Below are positions 14,278 to 26,265 of a DNA stretch of 64,000 nt, piece after piece; within the stretch, counting starts at the first letter, position 1, and each line of letters begins with the position of its first letter. The notes below the pieces were generated by a model, which saw only the letters and a list, made by a program, of their open reading frames with translations, ran no database searches and was not told the DNA's origin. This DNA is from Octopus sinensis (taxonomy: Eukaryota), in contig NC_043001.1 of the NCBI RefSeq assembly GCF_006345805.1, positions 41,292,001 to 41,356,000 of the forward strand, written 5' to 3'. The position numbers and the translations under genes were made by a program.

Positions 14278-14698
14278 TTTTAAGGAATTGACATTTGCTG
14301 CACGAGGGAGTTTGATGCCACTGCTCTCAATTGCACCTCCTGTCGTGAAGTTGGCTCATCTGGGACACTTGACAATAAGAGGTCCAGCTTTATTTTGAAG
14401 ACACCTACATCCACCCCATGCAGGTCTCTCAGGTCCTTCGGGAGGATATTGAAGAGCTGTGGACCTCTGAAGCCCAGGTTATTGCAGTATCTTGTCCTAT
14501 ATCTTGATGGCAAATTTGGAGTCCTTGGCACTATGCAGTGGTGCCCAGTTCTAGTATTTGTGTAACTCTCGATGCCAAAGTTTGGGACAAGTCCTTCCAG
14601 ATGTATATTATGGCATATCTTTCTTGCCTACGCTGTAAGGAATAGAGTCTTAATCTCTTGAGTCTTTCCCAGTAGCTTATATGCTGCATAGAGGCTAT
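14278..14698 (-). mobile_element. LINE ORF2 3' fragment (CR1/Crack-like)
   Basis: LSYWERLKRLRLYSLQRRQERY..IYIW...GLVPN, followed by ORF 14280..14531 (GPQLFNILPKDLR...FKIKLD...VPDEP). Confidence 0.75.
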
Positions 14699-14713
14699 AT
14701 ATATATATATATA

Positions 14714-15893
14714 TACTAGCAGTATAACCCGGCTTTGCCTGGGATTAAGTTAGGATTATTAAGCTAATGAAGTTCTTTATTTCAAACCAAATTAAGTAAC
14801 ATTGATGTCAAATTTGGGCGAAATCCATTGAAATTGGTAAACTTTTGGCTGAAAATGAGTTGCAGGCAACTTGATTGGGTAATCCTATAAGGAATAGGTT
14901 TATCGATTTTTTTCCCCTCATCGATTTTTTTTTTTTCGTTTTTGGAGAACTTAAAGTATTCAAAGATCCCATGAGTCCTAAGTAATGCTGGCATCAAGTT
15001 TGAACAAAATACATCAAAATTAGTAAAAGTTATGATTGAAAATGGGGTGTAGCCAATTTTATTGGGAAATCCTGTAAGGAATTGGTTTATCGATTTTTTT
15101 TTTATCCTGATTAAATGGAAAACCCCATAAGCAATCAGTTTATTGATTTTTCACCCCAAATAGGACTTAACCGAACACAATATTGCCGATTCAAAAACAT
15201 CTATATTTATACTTTAAAGTTGGTTTTCACACCCAACCCAGTTCTGCAGAATCAGTGTCGTGATGGGAGCGCATGGGTTGGGAGTTTGATTGGCAGAGGG
15301 GATCAGGTTGCACATGCCAGCCCTTTGAAAACACCAACCATATCATCTAACCCCAGTTGCCCATGTGTTGGGAACCTTTCCAACAAGGAAAATAGAATGC
15401 CCAAAAGGGCTCCTGATTCTCTGTGTCTGAAGTGGTTATGTTCAGATCACAACTAAGTCTTAAGTATATATATATATATGGGCAACACACACACACACAT
15501 ACGTACGTATGTACACCTATTGTATACATGTTTTTTGTACGCATACATGTTTGTGTGTGGTTGCGTGGCCTGTATATCAACAAAACATTTTTTCCTCGAT
15601 GGAAAAAAAAAACAACAACAAAAGTCTTAACAGAAACTTACTCATCACTAGAAGAGGACTTAACTCCTGTTTGTAAACAATGGTGATTTCACCGACTTGA
15701 AAACTTAAAAGTTTTGGTTGAAAATTTATTTTTACTGCTATTCACTGGTGTTCTGGGAAAAATAAGTTGATGAAAATACAGCTAGGGTTAGGATGAATGT
15801 CCTCCTAAAATTGGAGCGACATGCGTGCTAATTTGTGGACGTGCATAAATTACATTCACGTACACACACATCCTGCCTTTTATATATACAGAT
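14714..15893 (+). mobile_element. Non-autonomous Helitron-like element
   Basis: Begins TACTAG followed by the hairpin CCCGGC-TTT-GCCTGGG and ends TTTTATATATACAGAT. Inserted in (TA)n. Three related internal motifs (aatcctataaggaat..tttatcgatttttt). Confidence 0.6.
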
Positions 15894-18224
15894 ATATATA
15901 TATATATATATATATATACCTACACACACACACATATATATACCTACATATATATATAAGTATATCAGCCAAATATCTCATGCATTTAATTTTTGAAAAC
16001 CATTGGAACAGTGCCTGAATCTTTCTCTTCTTTTGATGATTATTAAACATATAAATCCATTTACTTCTTGTTGGAGTTTTCTTGTTTTGCTGCTGCTTAA
16101 TTTTAAATAAGCTTTGGTGATGCTGAAAATTTCTTTGTAGATCCTTGACTGATTCTCAATGAAAATCAAGTGTTTAGTGTAGAGCAACTTATGAGCATTG
16201 ATTCCTGGGTTTTTGTGACAGTAAAAGCTGAAGATGCAATGAATACTGAAAGCAGGAGCTGATTATCATCTAACATTATTTAGTAATTATAAGGTAAACA
16301 ACAACAAAAAACAACAGTATCCCTGGAGTGGAAAGGCTTAAATATTTGTAGAGTTATGTATTTTATATTAAAAAATTGTTTTCTCCTTTTTATGAACTCC
16401 AGTTTATAAGAGGAATAACCAACTGAACCAATATGAATACAGGCCTTGTACATAAATGTATGAAATTAAACAGAGATATGAGGATCTAACTGTATACAGC
16501 TAGGTCCTCACATCAGTGTTTATACTACTACATATTATTTGATATCATTTCCAATCTACTGAAAACACTTATACCACTCTACAGAAAGCAGCTTTGAAAC
16601 AAGAATGGCAAATAAGTGTCTACCCAGTACCGACCATCATCAGTAAATTTGTAATAAAATTGCTTTCAATAGATTTCATTCGTAAATGTCTACATAACTT
16701 TGTATAAAATAAACCCCACATACAGCAATTTTATCTGTTTCGATTTGCAAATACATGAACATGTAAATAAACATTCTGCAGTGAACTGTGGCAAGCGTAA
16801 AGAGTAGACAAATAAAAGAATGTGAATAAGAAACATTCAAATTGGATACATATGTATTTTATATGGCTCCTTATAGACAAGATTAGTTTGCTACATTTCA
16901 AAACAAGATAAAAGAGATGCGCATGAAGAAATAGAAACACAGAGACAGAAAAATAAGAACATTTTATTACAGTTTTTTTTTTTTTTGTGGCGAGTCATTT
17001 TGTAAGGCACAGAATTTTCTGTGTTTATTTGCATGTGTTATATTAAAAATATAGCTATATGTGCAGTTATGTTAGTTTTAGCAGAGTCTCCAGAATATCC
17101 TGGTGGTTTCTGTATAATCTATGCATTTGTTCATGACATAGTTTGATTAAGCACAGAGATTCCCTGTGGTTAGTTTAAATTGTACACAAGCACAATTTCA
17201 ATCTTGCCTGTACGAGGTCAATAAATTAAGTACCAGTTACGCACTGGGGTCAATGTAATTGACTTAATCCTTTTGTCTGTTCTTCTTTGTCCCCTCTATG
17301 TCTAGCCCCTTGTGGGCAATAAAGAAATAAGAATATGTTACATAGGTAGAGCAATGGATTTGTTGATCATGACTAGTTTTTCAACTGATTATCTGCATTC
17401 CAAAAGGAGGTTTTAAGATAAGTGAACAGGAGCCAGATACAACAGTATCAAAATTACAACAGCATCGAAATTACACTGTTTGTTTAATCTGTATTCTTTA
17501 CATGTTCAGCTTTTGACTTAGATATTCTTACCCAGAATATCATGTGTCTATACAGGTCAATTTGTCCATTCTTAATACTTCAAAGCCTTAACAAATGATT
17601 AATGTGATAATATCCATACATATACTGCTAAATCAGCTTTAAAGGAACTATCTAGGTTAATTATTTAGTAATTTAGACTAAGTCTGATATTAAATGTCAG
17701 AAATTATATCATTTATATACAGTGAAAAGTGACTCCCTTAGAAGTTATTTTTCATTAAAATAACAGGCATTCCAATTATTTTCCTTCTTGAACTCAGTGA
17801 TCCTATTTGGCAGTTAAAAAGGATTTTTAAGGTAGCATGTAAGGGTGAATGGATTAGAGGACAAATAGTAGCAGGCAGTACCCATGACCTTTTTGGAGGA
17901 GATCCAAAGTTGACAAAGGAGAAAAAAATGGTATTTGAGATATCTTCAGAATGGCAACTGTGTCAATGGTTGCAAAACAGTGGATTCTGCTAATGATGCC
18001 TAAAGCACAGGAGATAGTAATAATCTGGGTGACAAATTAAATCTCCAAACTATCACAGGTATAGGAGGGCAGTTCTTTGCTACTACATAGTTCCAGTTTC
18101 AATCTTACTGTGCAGCCCCTTAGACAATGAATTCTAGTATAGTCTCAGGTTAAGCAATATCTTTGGAGCAGAATTTATGAGATTAAAACTATGCAGACAT
18201 CCAACCTATATATTTCTTTTATTT

Positions 18225-18488
18225 GTTTCAGTCATTTGACTATGGCCATGCTGGAGCACCGCCTTTAGTCGAACAATTTGGCCCCAAGACTTGTTCTTTG
18301 TAAGCCTAGTACTTATTCTATCGGTCTCTTTTGACAAACTGCTAAGTTACAGGGATGTAAACACACCAACATCAGTTGTCAGGTGATGGTAGGGGTCAAA
18401 CACAGACTCCCAAACATATACACACACATATATGATGGGTGGGCTTCTTTTCAGTTTCTGTCTACCAAATCCACTCACAAGGCTTTGG
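18225..18488 (-). mobile_element. Family A SINE, 5'-truncated
   Basis: Homologous to the 3' part of 49281-49636. Confidence 0.8.
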
Positions 18489-18687
18489 TTGAGTGCTGCT
18501 GATAAATGAAGTTCTCATCGTTACGGGCACAAAACTGAGTATTAGTATTTTTCAGTTGATATCTGATAAAGAATTACAATCCTTCTGTGTCTGTCTTACG
18601 TGCACATTTTGTAGTATTTAATACACTTTTCATTTATTGAGTAACTGAATGCCACACATCCCGACTTTTGTTAACAGTAAGTTTATA

Positions 18688-19178
18688 TAGACTGGCTTCC
18701 ATGCTGGTGGCACATAAAAAGCACCAACCGTTCGTGGCCGTTGCCAGCCTACCCTGGTACCTGTGCCGGTGGCACCTAAAAAACACCATCCGTACGTGGT
18801 CGATGCCAGCACCACCTTGACTGGCTTCTGTGCTGGTGGCATGTAAAAAGCACCAACCAATCGTGGTTGTTGCCAGCCTACCCTGGCACGTAAAAAGCAC
18901 CATCCATATGTGGCCGATGTCAGCGCTGCCTTGACTGGCTCGCGTATTGGTGGCATGTAAAAAGCACCAACTGATTGTGGCCATTGCCAGCCTCCTCTGA
19001 CACGTAAAAAGCACTCACTACACTCATGGAGTGGCTGGCGTTAGGAAGAGCATCTAGCTGTAGAAACACTGCCAGATCAGACTGGAGCCTGGTGCAGCTA
19101 CCTGGCTTCCCAGGCCCTGGTTGAACCGTCCAACCCATGCTAGCATGGAAAACGGACATTAAACAATGATGATGATGA
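18688..19178 (+). mobile_element. Family B repeat (RTE-tail-like/SINE) with internal ~62-bp minisatellite and (GAT)n tail
   Basis: Units of ggcac(g/a)taaaaagcacc, then ggcgttaggaag..gctgtagaaacactgccagatcag..ccaacccatgc..gatgatgat. Confidence 0.75.
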
Positions 19179-20129
19179 TATTTATATATGTATATATATA
19201 CCATCATCATCATTTAACATCTGTTTTCCATGCTGGCTTGGGTTGGATGGTTTGACCAGAGTTGGTAAGGCCAGGGGCCATCCAGGCTCAATTGTCTATT
19301 CTGGCATGGTTTCTATAGCTGGATGCCCTTCCTAATGCCAACCACTCCACACAGTGTACTGGGTGCTTTTCATGCAGCACTGGCAGTGGTATCGATTCTG
19401 TAGTGGCAGATGGATCTTCTTGAGTACAGCAAGGCACCAGATATCTCAGTCCTCTGTTATCTCCTTTGTAAAGCTAAGGACCAAGATATCTGGTGCATTG
19501 CTGTATGTGTGTGTGTGTGTGTGTGTGTATACCATAGATATACAACCACATTTTATTTTATCAAAATGAACATTCAAAGCAGAAACACGTATTCAAGATA
19601 TTAATAAGAGACTTACATAGAGCGCCTTCATTTGGTATAGCTTACAAGTCTAACAATTTTTGTATGTTTTAGCTTTGAATGGTTTCATAAACTAGATGCA
19701 TTATGCATGTTAGACTTGATAAGAATGTGTGTGCACATGCGTGCATGCATCTGTGCATGTATATACATATAAATATATATATATATATATATGTACACAC
19801 ATACAATGGTAATGTATAGGTGCAAATGTGACTGTAAGGTACCTTGGAAAAGTGTCTGCTATATCCCCAAGTCAACCAAAGCTTGTGAGTGAATTTGGTA
19901 GATGGAGACTGAAAGAAGCTCATCTTGTTTGTGTGTGTGTGTCTCTCCTTTTCTTGACATTGCATAATATTTGTAAAATGATTGTCACTGTCATACAAGC
20001 AGTGTCATTTATTTCCAATATTCTACAAGAATATGTCTGGTCATAGAGAAATAGCCTGCAAAAACAGGTGAGGGGTGATGATAGGAAGGGCATCTAGCTG
20101 TAGAAAATCTGCCTTAATAAACTCATATA

Positions 20130-20346
20130 CGATGGGGTGCTGAAAAGTTCCTGGCTTTAAGGGTATCATGAAAGGCCTGGTTGGAGGCACAACCTTCCAA
20201 GTTCTTTTATAGGGCTTAGAAAAACTGAAGGACTACTGCAATAAGTGTGTGAATCTGAGAGAGGAATATGTTGAATAAAATCATAATTAATTGATCCTCC
20301 TGTATTTTCTTTCACCCAAAGCCAAGAACTTTTCAGTATCCTCTTG
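20130..20346 (+). mobile_element. mariner-derived MITE
   Basis: TA TSDs and ~29-bp TIRs (cgatggggtgctgaaaagttcctggcttt / aaagccaagaacttttcagtatcctcttg). The interior encodes a mariner transposase C-terminus-like GLEKLKDYCNKCVNLREEYVE*. Confidence 0.8.
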
Positions 20347-20455
20347 TACACACACACACACACACGCAGTTCTCTTACTGATCAGAAACATATCAGGCTC
20401 TGATTTTCGAGAAGGTAATATTTATGTCAGTTTGGTAAACCAGGATAAAGATTAG

Positions 20456-20676
20456 CCCTTTTGATACCAATGCCTCAAACTACACCTGACTCCATGGTAT
20501 AAACTTCCTGTTTTAAAGTAACCTAAATTAAAACATTCCATCAAAATTTCTTAATTTATATTCCACACACCAGTTAATTAATGACAAGGTTATTTTATTA
20601 AACTATTCATTATTTTCAAAATAAACTGACTGAAAAGCAATGCATTTCAATTGAAATATGGCAGCAAAACGATCAA
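20456..20676 (-). mobile_element. piggyBac-type MITE, degraded copy
   Basis: ccctttttgatacc start; interior similar to 7701-7907; ends decayed. Confidence 0.6.
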
Positions 20677-20954
20677 GGCACTTTTCAGTATATTTAACTT
20701 GAGTTAAAATAACTTGCTAGCAATTCTAGCTGTAATATGATTAATGATGCTTCCAGTTGAAATGTTTATTTATTTATTTGGTTTTTTTAGTTCAACATAT
20801 GTAAAATGTTCTGAATGTTTCTGAAAATTCTGTTGTGTCAAGCCAAAGAAACACAAAAGGTTCTGATTTTACTATATTGAAACATGCTTGATGTCAGTGA
20901 TTGAATGTTTCACAAGATAGAAGAATTATCACAAATTATGCTTCATATACATAC

Positions 20955-21036
20955 CAGCGTTTGTAATAAACAATGAAAATGATCATGATGATAATGAACG
21001 CAACCACAAAACCAACTATCAGACCAACCATGTTAC
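20955..21036 (-). CDS. Same gene, transmembrane exon
   Basis: Acceptor tttttattacAG, donor GTatgt, 82 nt, phase 1-2. Translates (G)NMVGLIVGFVVAFIIIMIIFIVYYKR(W): a hydrophobic helix followed by a basic stop-transfer segment. Confidence 0.9.
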
Positions 21037-21105
21037 CTGTAATAAAAAGAAAAACATTTGAAAGATGCACTAAGACGGATAAATAGGTAATTGTAGACAG
21101 ACATT

Positions 21106-21107
<2 letters not shown>

Positions 21108-21149
<42 letters not shown>

Positions 21150-21168
21150 TGTGTGTGTGTGTGTGTGT
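21108..21168. repeat. (GA)n(GT)n compound microsatellite
   Basis: Direct reading; lies ~70 nt upstream of the TM-exon acceptor (reads (AC)n(TC)n on the sense strand). Confidence 0.95.
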
Positions 21169-21594
21169 ATGTGTCTGTTAGTTATAGGTATATGTTCATG
21201 AGAAATCAAACACAGAAAGATAGAAATAATTCTGTTTACAGGTTAGCATCATTAAGAACCTTTCAGAGAATTTTAAATTCCAGTTTATTAAAACAAATTA
21301 TAATGCTTGTACAGCACACAATAAAATGCACAAATCCAAAACTGGATAGCAAAGACATCTGCACAGAAATGTCATGCTACCAACATGTCTGAGTCTTCCT
21401 CTAGAGATGCAGAGTTTTGTCAGTCATATTTGTTGTACACCCTTGTAAGCCATCAGCTGATATTAAGAATTACCTTGGAGCACGTGGATGTTTATAATCT
21501 AACTGAATAGAGAATAACAAAGCAGCTATCATTGGACAAGATGAAACAATCATTGCATGTATGTATGCATGTAAATAAATATGTATGTCACCAA

Positions 21595-22124
21595 TGTATA
21601 TTGAGGAAGAATGTAAACAGTAGCAAGGAAAGAACCGAGATCAATCTCTAGTTAGTCAACCCAGTTGATAGGGCCTCACATCAAGAAGTGAGGGTGGGGA
21701 CGGTGCACCGTAAAGGCCTAAAACAGTACACATACTCTCCTGATGACCCCTGAAACCTGTTGGCATTTGGTATGAAGAGCTTTCGGTTAACAACACTTGC
21801 ACAAGCAAGCTGTTTGCAAGCCTCAGCATGGGAACAAGAAAACCGATTCTCTTCGAACAAGGTCTCTTGTGATATTTGTTCTGCACTGAAATACAGATAC
21901 TTCCTTGTCACTTCTACTGTCAGAAATGCAGCAAAAGAGTGATTGGCCAATAGCAGACTTGAAACTAACAGCTGTGGTGTTCACAAATTTCAATACAAAA
22001 TCAATAAATACTACCAGATCATATGTGATAAGTTCATGCTTTACTGCAATCACTCTTGTAATTCAGGAAGAACTTCCAGTGATAGACTAGTGTTTAATCG
22101 AGGTGAAAATTTCTCTATCACCCA
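21595..22124 (+). mobile_element. Possible LTR-like or other TE fragment
   Basis: GC/CpG-richer block with a TGATTGGCCAAT double CCAAT and AATAAA. A TG..CA pair with CCAA flanks is possible, but the termini are not inverted repeats. Confidence 0.25.
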
Positions 22125-23039
22125 CCAACTTGATAATTCAGAACTCACTTCTAAAAACTGCTGTGTATGCCCTTTATTTATTGAGAAATGTTACTCTACT
22201 GAGACAGTGTTAAAGCTATCTTTTAGAAAATAACTGTTATTTTTTTTTTGTTTCTCTTAATTGAGAATTTCACTTCACTTCTGTCAACATAAGGAAATAG
22301 TGAAGTATTTTTAGATGCAACAGACTTTGCTGCATAAGATCATCATCAGATTTATATCTCCAAATTCATTCAATGAAATTACTCACTGATAACATTCACA
22401 TGATTGAACAGATCAAACATTTTTGTGGAAAAATGTCAATTGGTTTATATATTTTCTCTTCAATGAACATTTTAAATACATTACAAAACATTTATATTTA
22501 AAATATTCTTCCTTGGGTACTAAGCTGTTTTCTCTATGAAATCATTATCATCATCGCTTAACGACCATTTTCCATGCTGGCACGGGTTGGATGGTTTGAC
22601 TGCGGTCTGGAGGGCCATCAGCTGCACCAGGCTCCAATCTGATCTGGCAATGTTTCTACAGTTGGATGCCCTTCTTAACACCAACAGTTCTGAGAATGCA
22701 GTGGGTGCTTTTTACATGCCACTGGCACAGAAGTCGGTCAGGCAGGCATAGCATCAATCATGTTGAGATGGTGCTTTTTATGTGCCACCAGCACAGGAGC
22801 CAGTCAGGCGGACCTGGCATCAACCACGTTTGGATGGTGCTTTTTATGTGCCACCAGCACAGGATCCAGTCAGGGAGCACTGGCCACAGCTATGATATTG
22901 GTTTTACTTAACTCAACAGGTCTTCTCAAGCACATCATATCGCCTGACGTATCAGGGGTACGCTTAACTGGGCCGGACATGTGTGGCTGAGATCTTACTT
23001 TAGTTACCGGGTCTTCTCAGTTACAACATATCTCCAAAG

Positions 23040-24190
23040 GTCTCGGTCTCCTGTCCTTCTACAGTTAGGGAGTGGCACTTCCTCACACTGCTATCCTCAT
23101 CCATACATAGCACATGGCCATACCAACACAGTCATCTCTCTTGCACACTACATTTGATGTTTCTGATGTCCAACTTTTCTATCAGGGCGTTTACACTCTG
23201 TCGTGTATGCACACTGACATTACACACCCAGCAGATCATACTAGCTTCATTTCTTTTAAGTCTACGCATGTCCTCAGCAGTTATGGCCCATGTTCACACA
23301 CATGCATCATACAGTCTACTTTTCATCCTGAGTGAGAGGCCCTTAGTTACCAGCAGAGGTAGGAGCTCCCTGAACTTTGCCCAGGCTATTCTTACTCCAG
23401 TCGCTACACTCTCAGAGCAACCACCCCCACTACAGACTTGGTTGCCTAGGTAGCAGAAACTATTAACTACTAGTTTCTTCCCCTGGCATGGGATGGAATC
23501 TATTTTCTGTGTTTATTGCCCCTGTGCATGTCACACACAAAAACTATTTTCCCTGTTAACCTTCCTTTGATATTGCTGCACCTTTTATGTGTCCATAGCT
23601 TACACAGGGTACATCATATGGAGTTCCTACCCATGCCTTTTCTACATATCGAGCAGGGCTATCTACCTGAAGGGGATTGTGATTTGACAGCCTTCCTACT
23701 TAATAAGACTTTGGTTTTTGCTAGGTTAACCCTAAGGTCCTTCGATTCTAGCTCTTGCTTCCACACCTTAAACGTCGTCTCTAATTTTGGCAGTGACCCA
23801 GCTATTAGGGAAAGGTCATCAGCACAGAGGAGCTCCCAAGGGCAGCTTGTCTTGAATTCCTCTGTTATTGCCTGGAGGACTATAATGAATAAGAGGGGGC
23901 TGAAGACTGATCCTTGGTGAAGCCCTACTTCTACTCAGAATTCTTCACTATATTCATTGCCAACCCTCATCTTACTGACAGCATCCCCGTACAGCTCTTA
24001 CCAACCACTCATCTATTCCCAGTTTCCGCATTGACCACCAGATAAGGGATTGGAGTACCCTGTCAAAGGATTACTCCAAGTCAACAAAAGCCAAGTGCAG
24101 AGGTTTATCTTTGGCTAGATATTTCTTCTACAGTTGCCTTACCAGAAATATAACATCATTGGTGCTTCTGCCTGGTACAAAACCAAACTG
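23040..24190 (-). mobile_element. RTE-clade LINE RT fragment
   Basis: AFVDLE..FDRV..GLHQGSVFSPLLFIIVLQAITEEF..PWELLCADDL..RVNLAKTKVL..WAKFRELLPLLVTKGLSL. Confidence 0.85.
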
Positions 24191-24539
24191 CAATATAATT
24201 TATATAATTTACTTAAGTATATTTTACATACTTTCATTTTGCCTAAGATATGAGAAAGCAGTTTATATTATTTATAATTAAGAAATTAATTCTGTGCTCA
24301 TCAAACTATAAATATACTCAACATGAAATATTGTAAGTAGGTGAAAGAATTATAGTTTATAATATTTTTAAAAAATTGATAAAAAAAAACCCCAAAAAAA
24401 CTTTGTTTTCAGCTTTGGAATCAAAACATTCAATAATGTTTATTATGTAAGTTTCTAAACATGAATGCCTGAAATAAACATTATAATCATTGCTGAATGT
24501 CTTCTTTTGTTCTTTTAATTTGTAATTAAAAAAAAAAAA

Positions 24540-25130
24540 GTTTCTTTTAGCCTAAGGCACTGTACAATATGGCATTGGCATTCAAAACTTGAGCATTATA
24601 GATGTAAATCATAATCTAATCCAAGTCAAGACCTCACTCCCATTTTCACCAATGTAGTGCAGTCTAAAAGTGTATGGAAACAGATTTAGTTCAGTTTAGG
24701 TGCGGGAGCTATCAGCAATAATCAGAACAAAAGTATTCACTTGGGAGTTTATGTTAAAGTTTTTACCTCTTAGCTTGAGTATTTTATTAGATACTCCCAA
24801 GGAAGTGAGGTTATTTTCAAACAGCTGTGAGATTACTCACACATAGTTGAAGTCAACAAAATACTCAACAATTCAGAATTAAATATCTGAGCATTAGACA
24901 CAATACAAACAATGGGATATGAACTGCCAATCTTTAAGCTGGTAACTTTTATTTAAAAAAAAAAAATTCCTTTTTGTTTAGTAAGAAGAGGAAAAGCAGT
25001 ACATGTTTTTTTTTCTCTGACTCTTTCAAAGGGTCTCAACTTGTCTCAATGTTTGCTGTCGTGTATATTCTGTTAGAGACACTGAAAGATCATGTGGTGA
25101 TGTTTAGCTGATCTACCCTATTGATGCAGC
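24540..25130 (-). mobile_element. Highly degraded LINE RT-like fragment
   Basis: VDFNYV-like and ADSS-like remnants on the minus strand; many stops. Confidence 0.3.
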
Positions 25131-25245
25131 CATTCTTACTTATAATTTTCTTCTTTCTTTTATAATTCTGTAAAACAATATAGTTGTTTTCAGAAAATAA
25201 AGAAAAATACAAAAACAAAATATATATAAAAAAAGAGAATATTAC

Positions 25246-25317
25246 CTCCAAAAGCAGAATTGTTACCATCAGGAGCAGACTGGGGAGAAGCTTCTTTCCA
25301 GCCTTTATCTTTTAAAG
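25246..25317 (-). CDS. Same gene, 72-nt stalk exon
   Basis: Acceptor tatttcAG, donor GTaata, phase 1-1. Only one frame is open: (P)LKDKGWKEASPQSAPDGNNSAFG. It joins the CTLD exon and the TM exon in frame. Confidence 0.78.
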
Positions 25318-26228
25318 CTGAAATAAGATAAAATAAAGTAATGAGGAAATGTAGAAGTCAAGGTGGGTTATGAAACAAGTCAGGGCTGCTTATGCACATG
25401 ATGTCATGCTAACATCATCATCAGACATTGGTGACAACGACTGAATAAAAGGAGTGTTGCTTCAATGCATTTTTACAAACCCTCTCAGATTGGTGTGGTT
25501 AATGTTGAGCTTCAACATCTGTTGGTTCATACCTGCAAGGAAAACTAAGACTGGGAAGCAGTTCAGGGCTACAGCTTGAGGTTATGTGGTTGTTGAGGCT
25601 GAAACAATTGAGGACAGACATGTTCTTCTGTGGTGAAGTCCTCATTAACTCTTTCAAGTTCCACTTAGAAGGGAAAATGTAGATAGAGAGTGAAGTGCTC
25701 TTTCTCAGTGAATTTGTCAAAAGTTGGGTAACAGTGGCAAAAATGGTTAGGGTGAATATGGACTTCCTCTAAGCATGCACCTGTACATTGGTGGCCAACA
25801 GTTGGGTGAAGGCTTGTGCTCTCTAGTTGGAGGATCAGGACTATAGCACCCATGTGTTCACATATTTTGAATGCTATGCAGACATTTTATCTCATTTTCC
25901 CCATTCTTTCCTTTCCTTCCATTTTTTATGTAACCACCACATACTGAATGCAAACTCACCTGAGACCCCTGTAATAAATAAAATATAGTATTTGTTTTTA
26001 TCAGTTTGAGAAAAATATGCTTTTTGGCCTCCATCACTACTAATTTTAACATCTATTTCACCATGTCAATACATGTATATTACACACACGTGTATGTGCC
26101 TGAGCGTGAAGCTGTGTGTGTGAATATATATAAATATATATATATATATATGAGCGCCATACTAATACAATTGTTTGTTTGTACTCCACCTGCCTTCGTC
26201 TTTTGTTTATTTTCGTAAACCTTCCCGT

Positions 26229-26265
<37 letters not shown>

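Noticed and set aside
21740-21760. CTGATGA-cccct-GAAAC as a hammerhead
   Set aside because: No stem II can form and there is no stem I partner.
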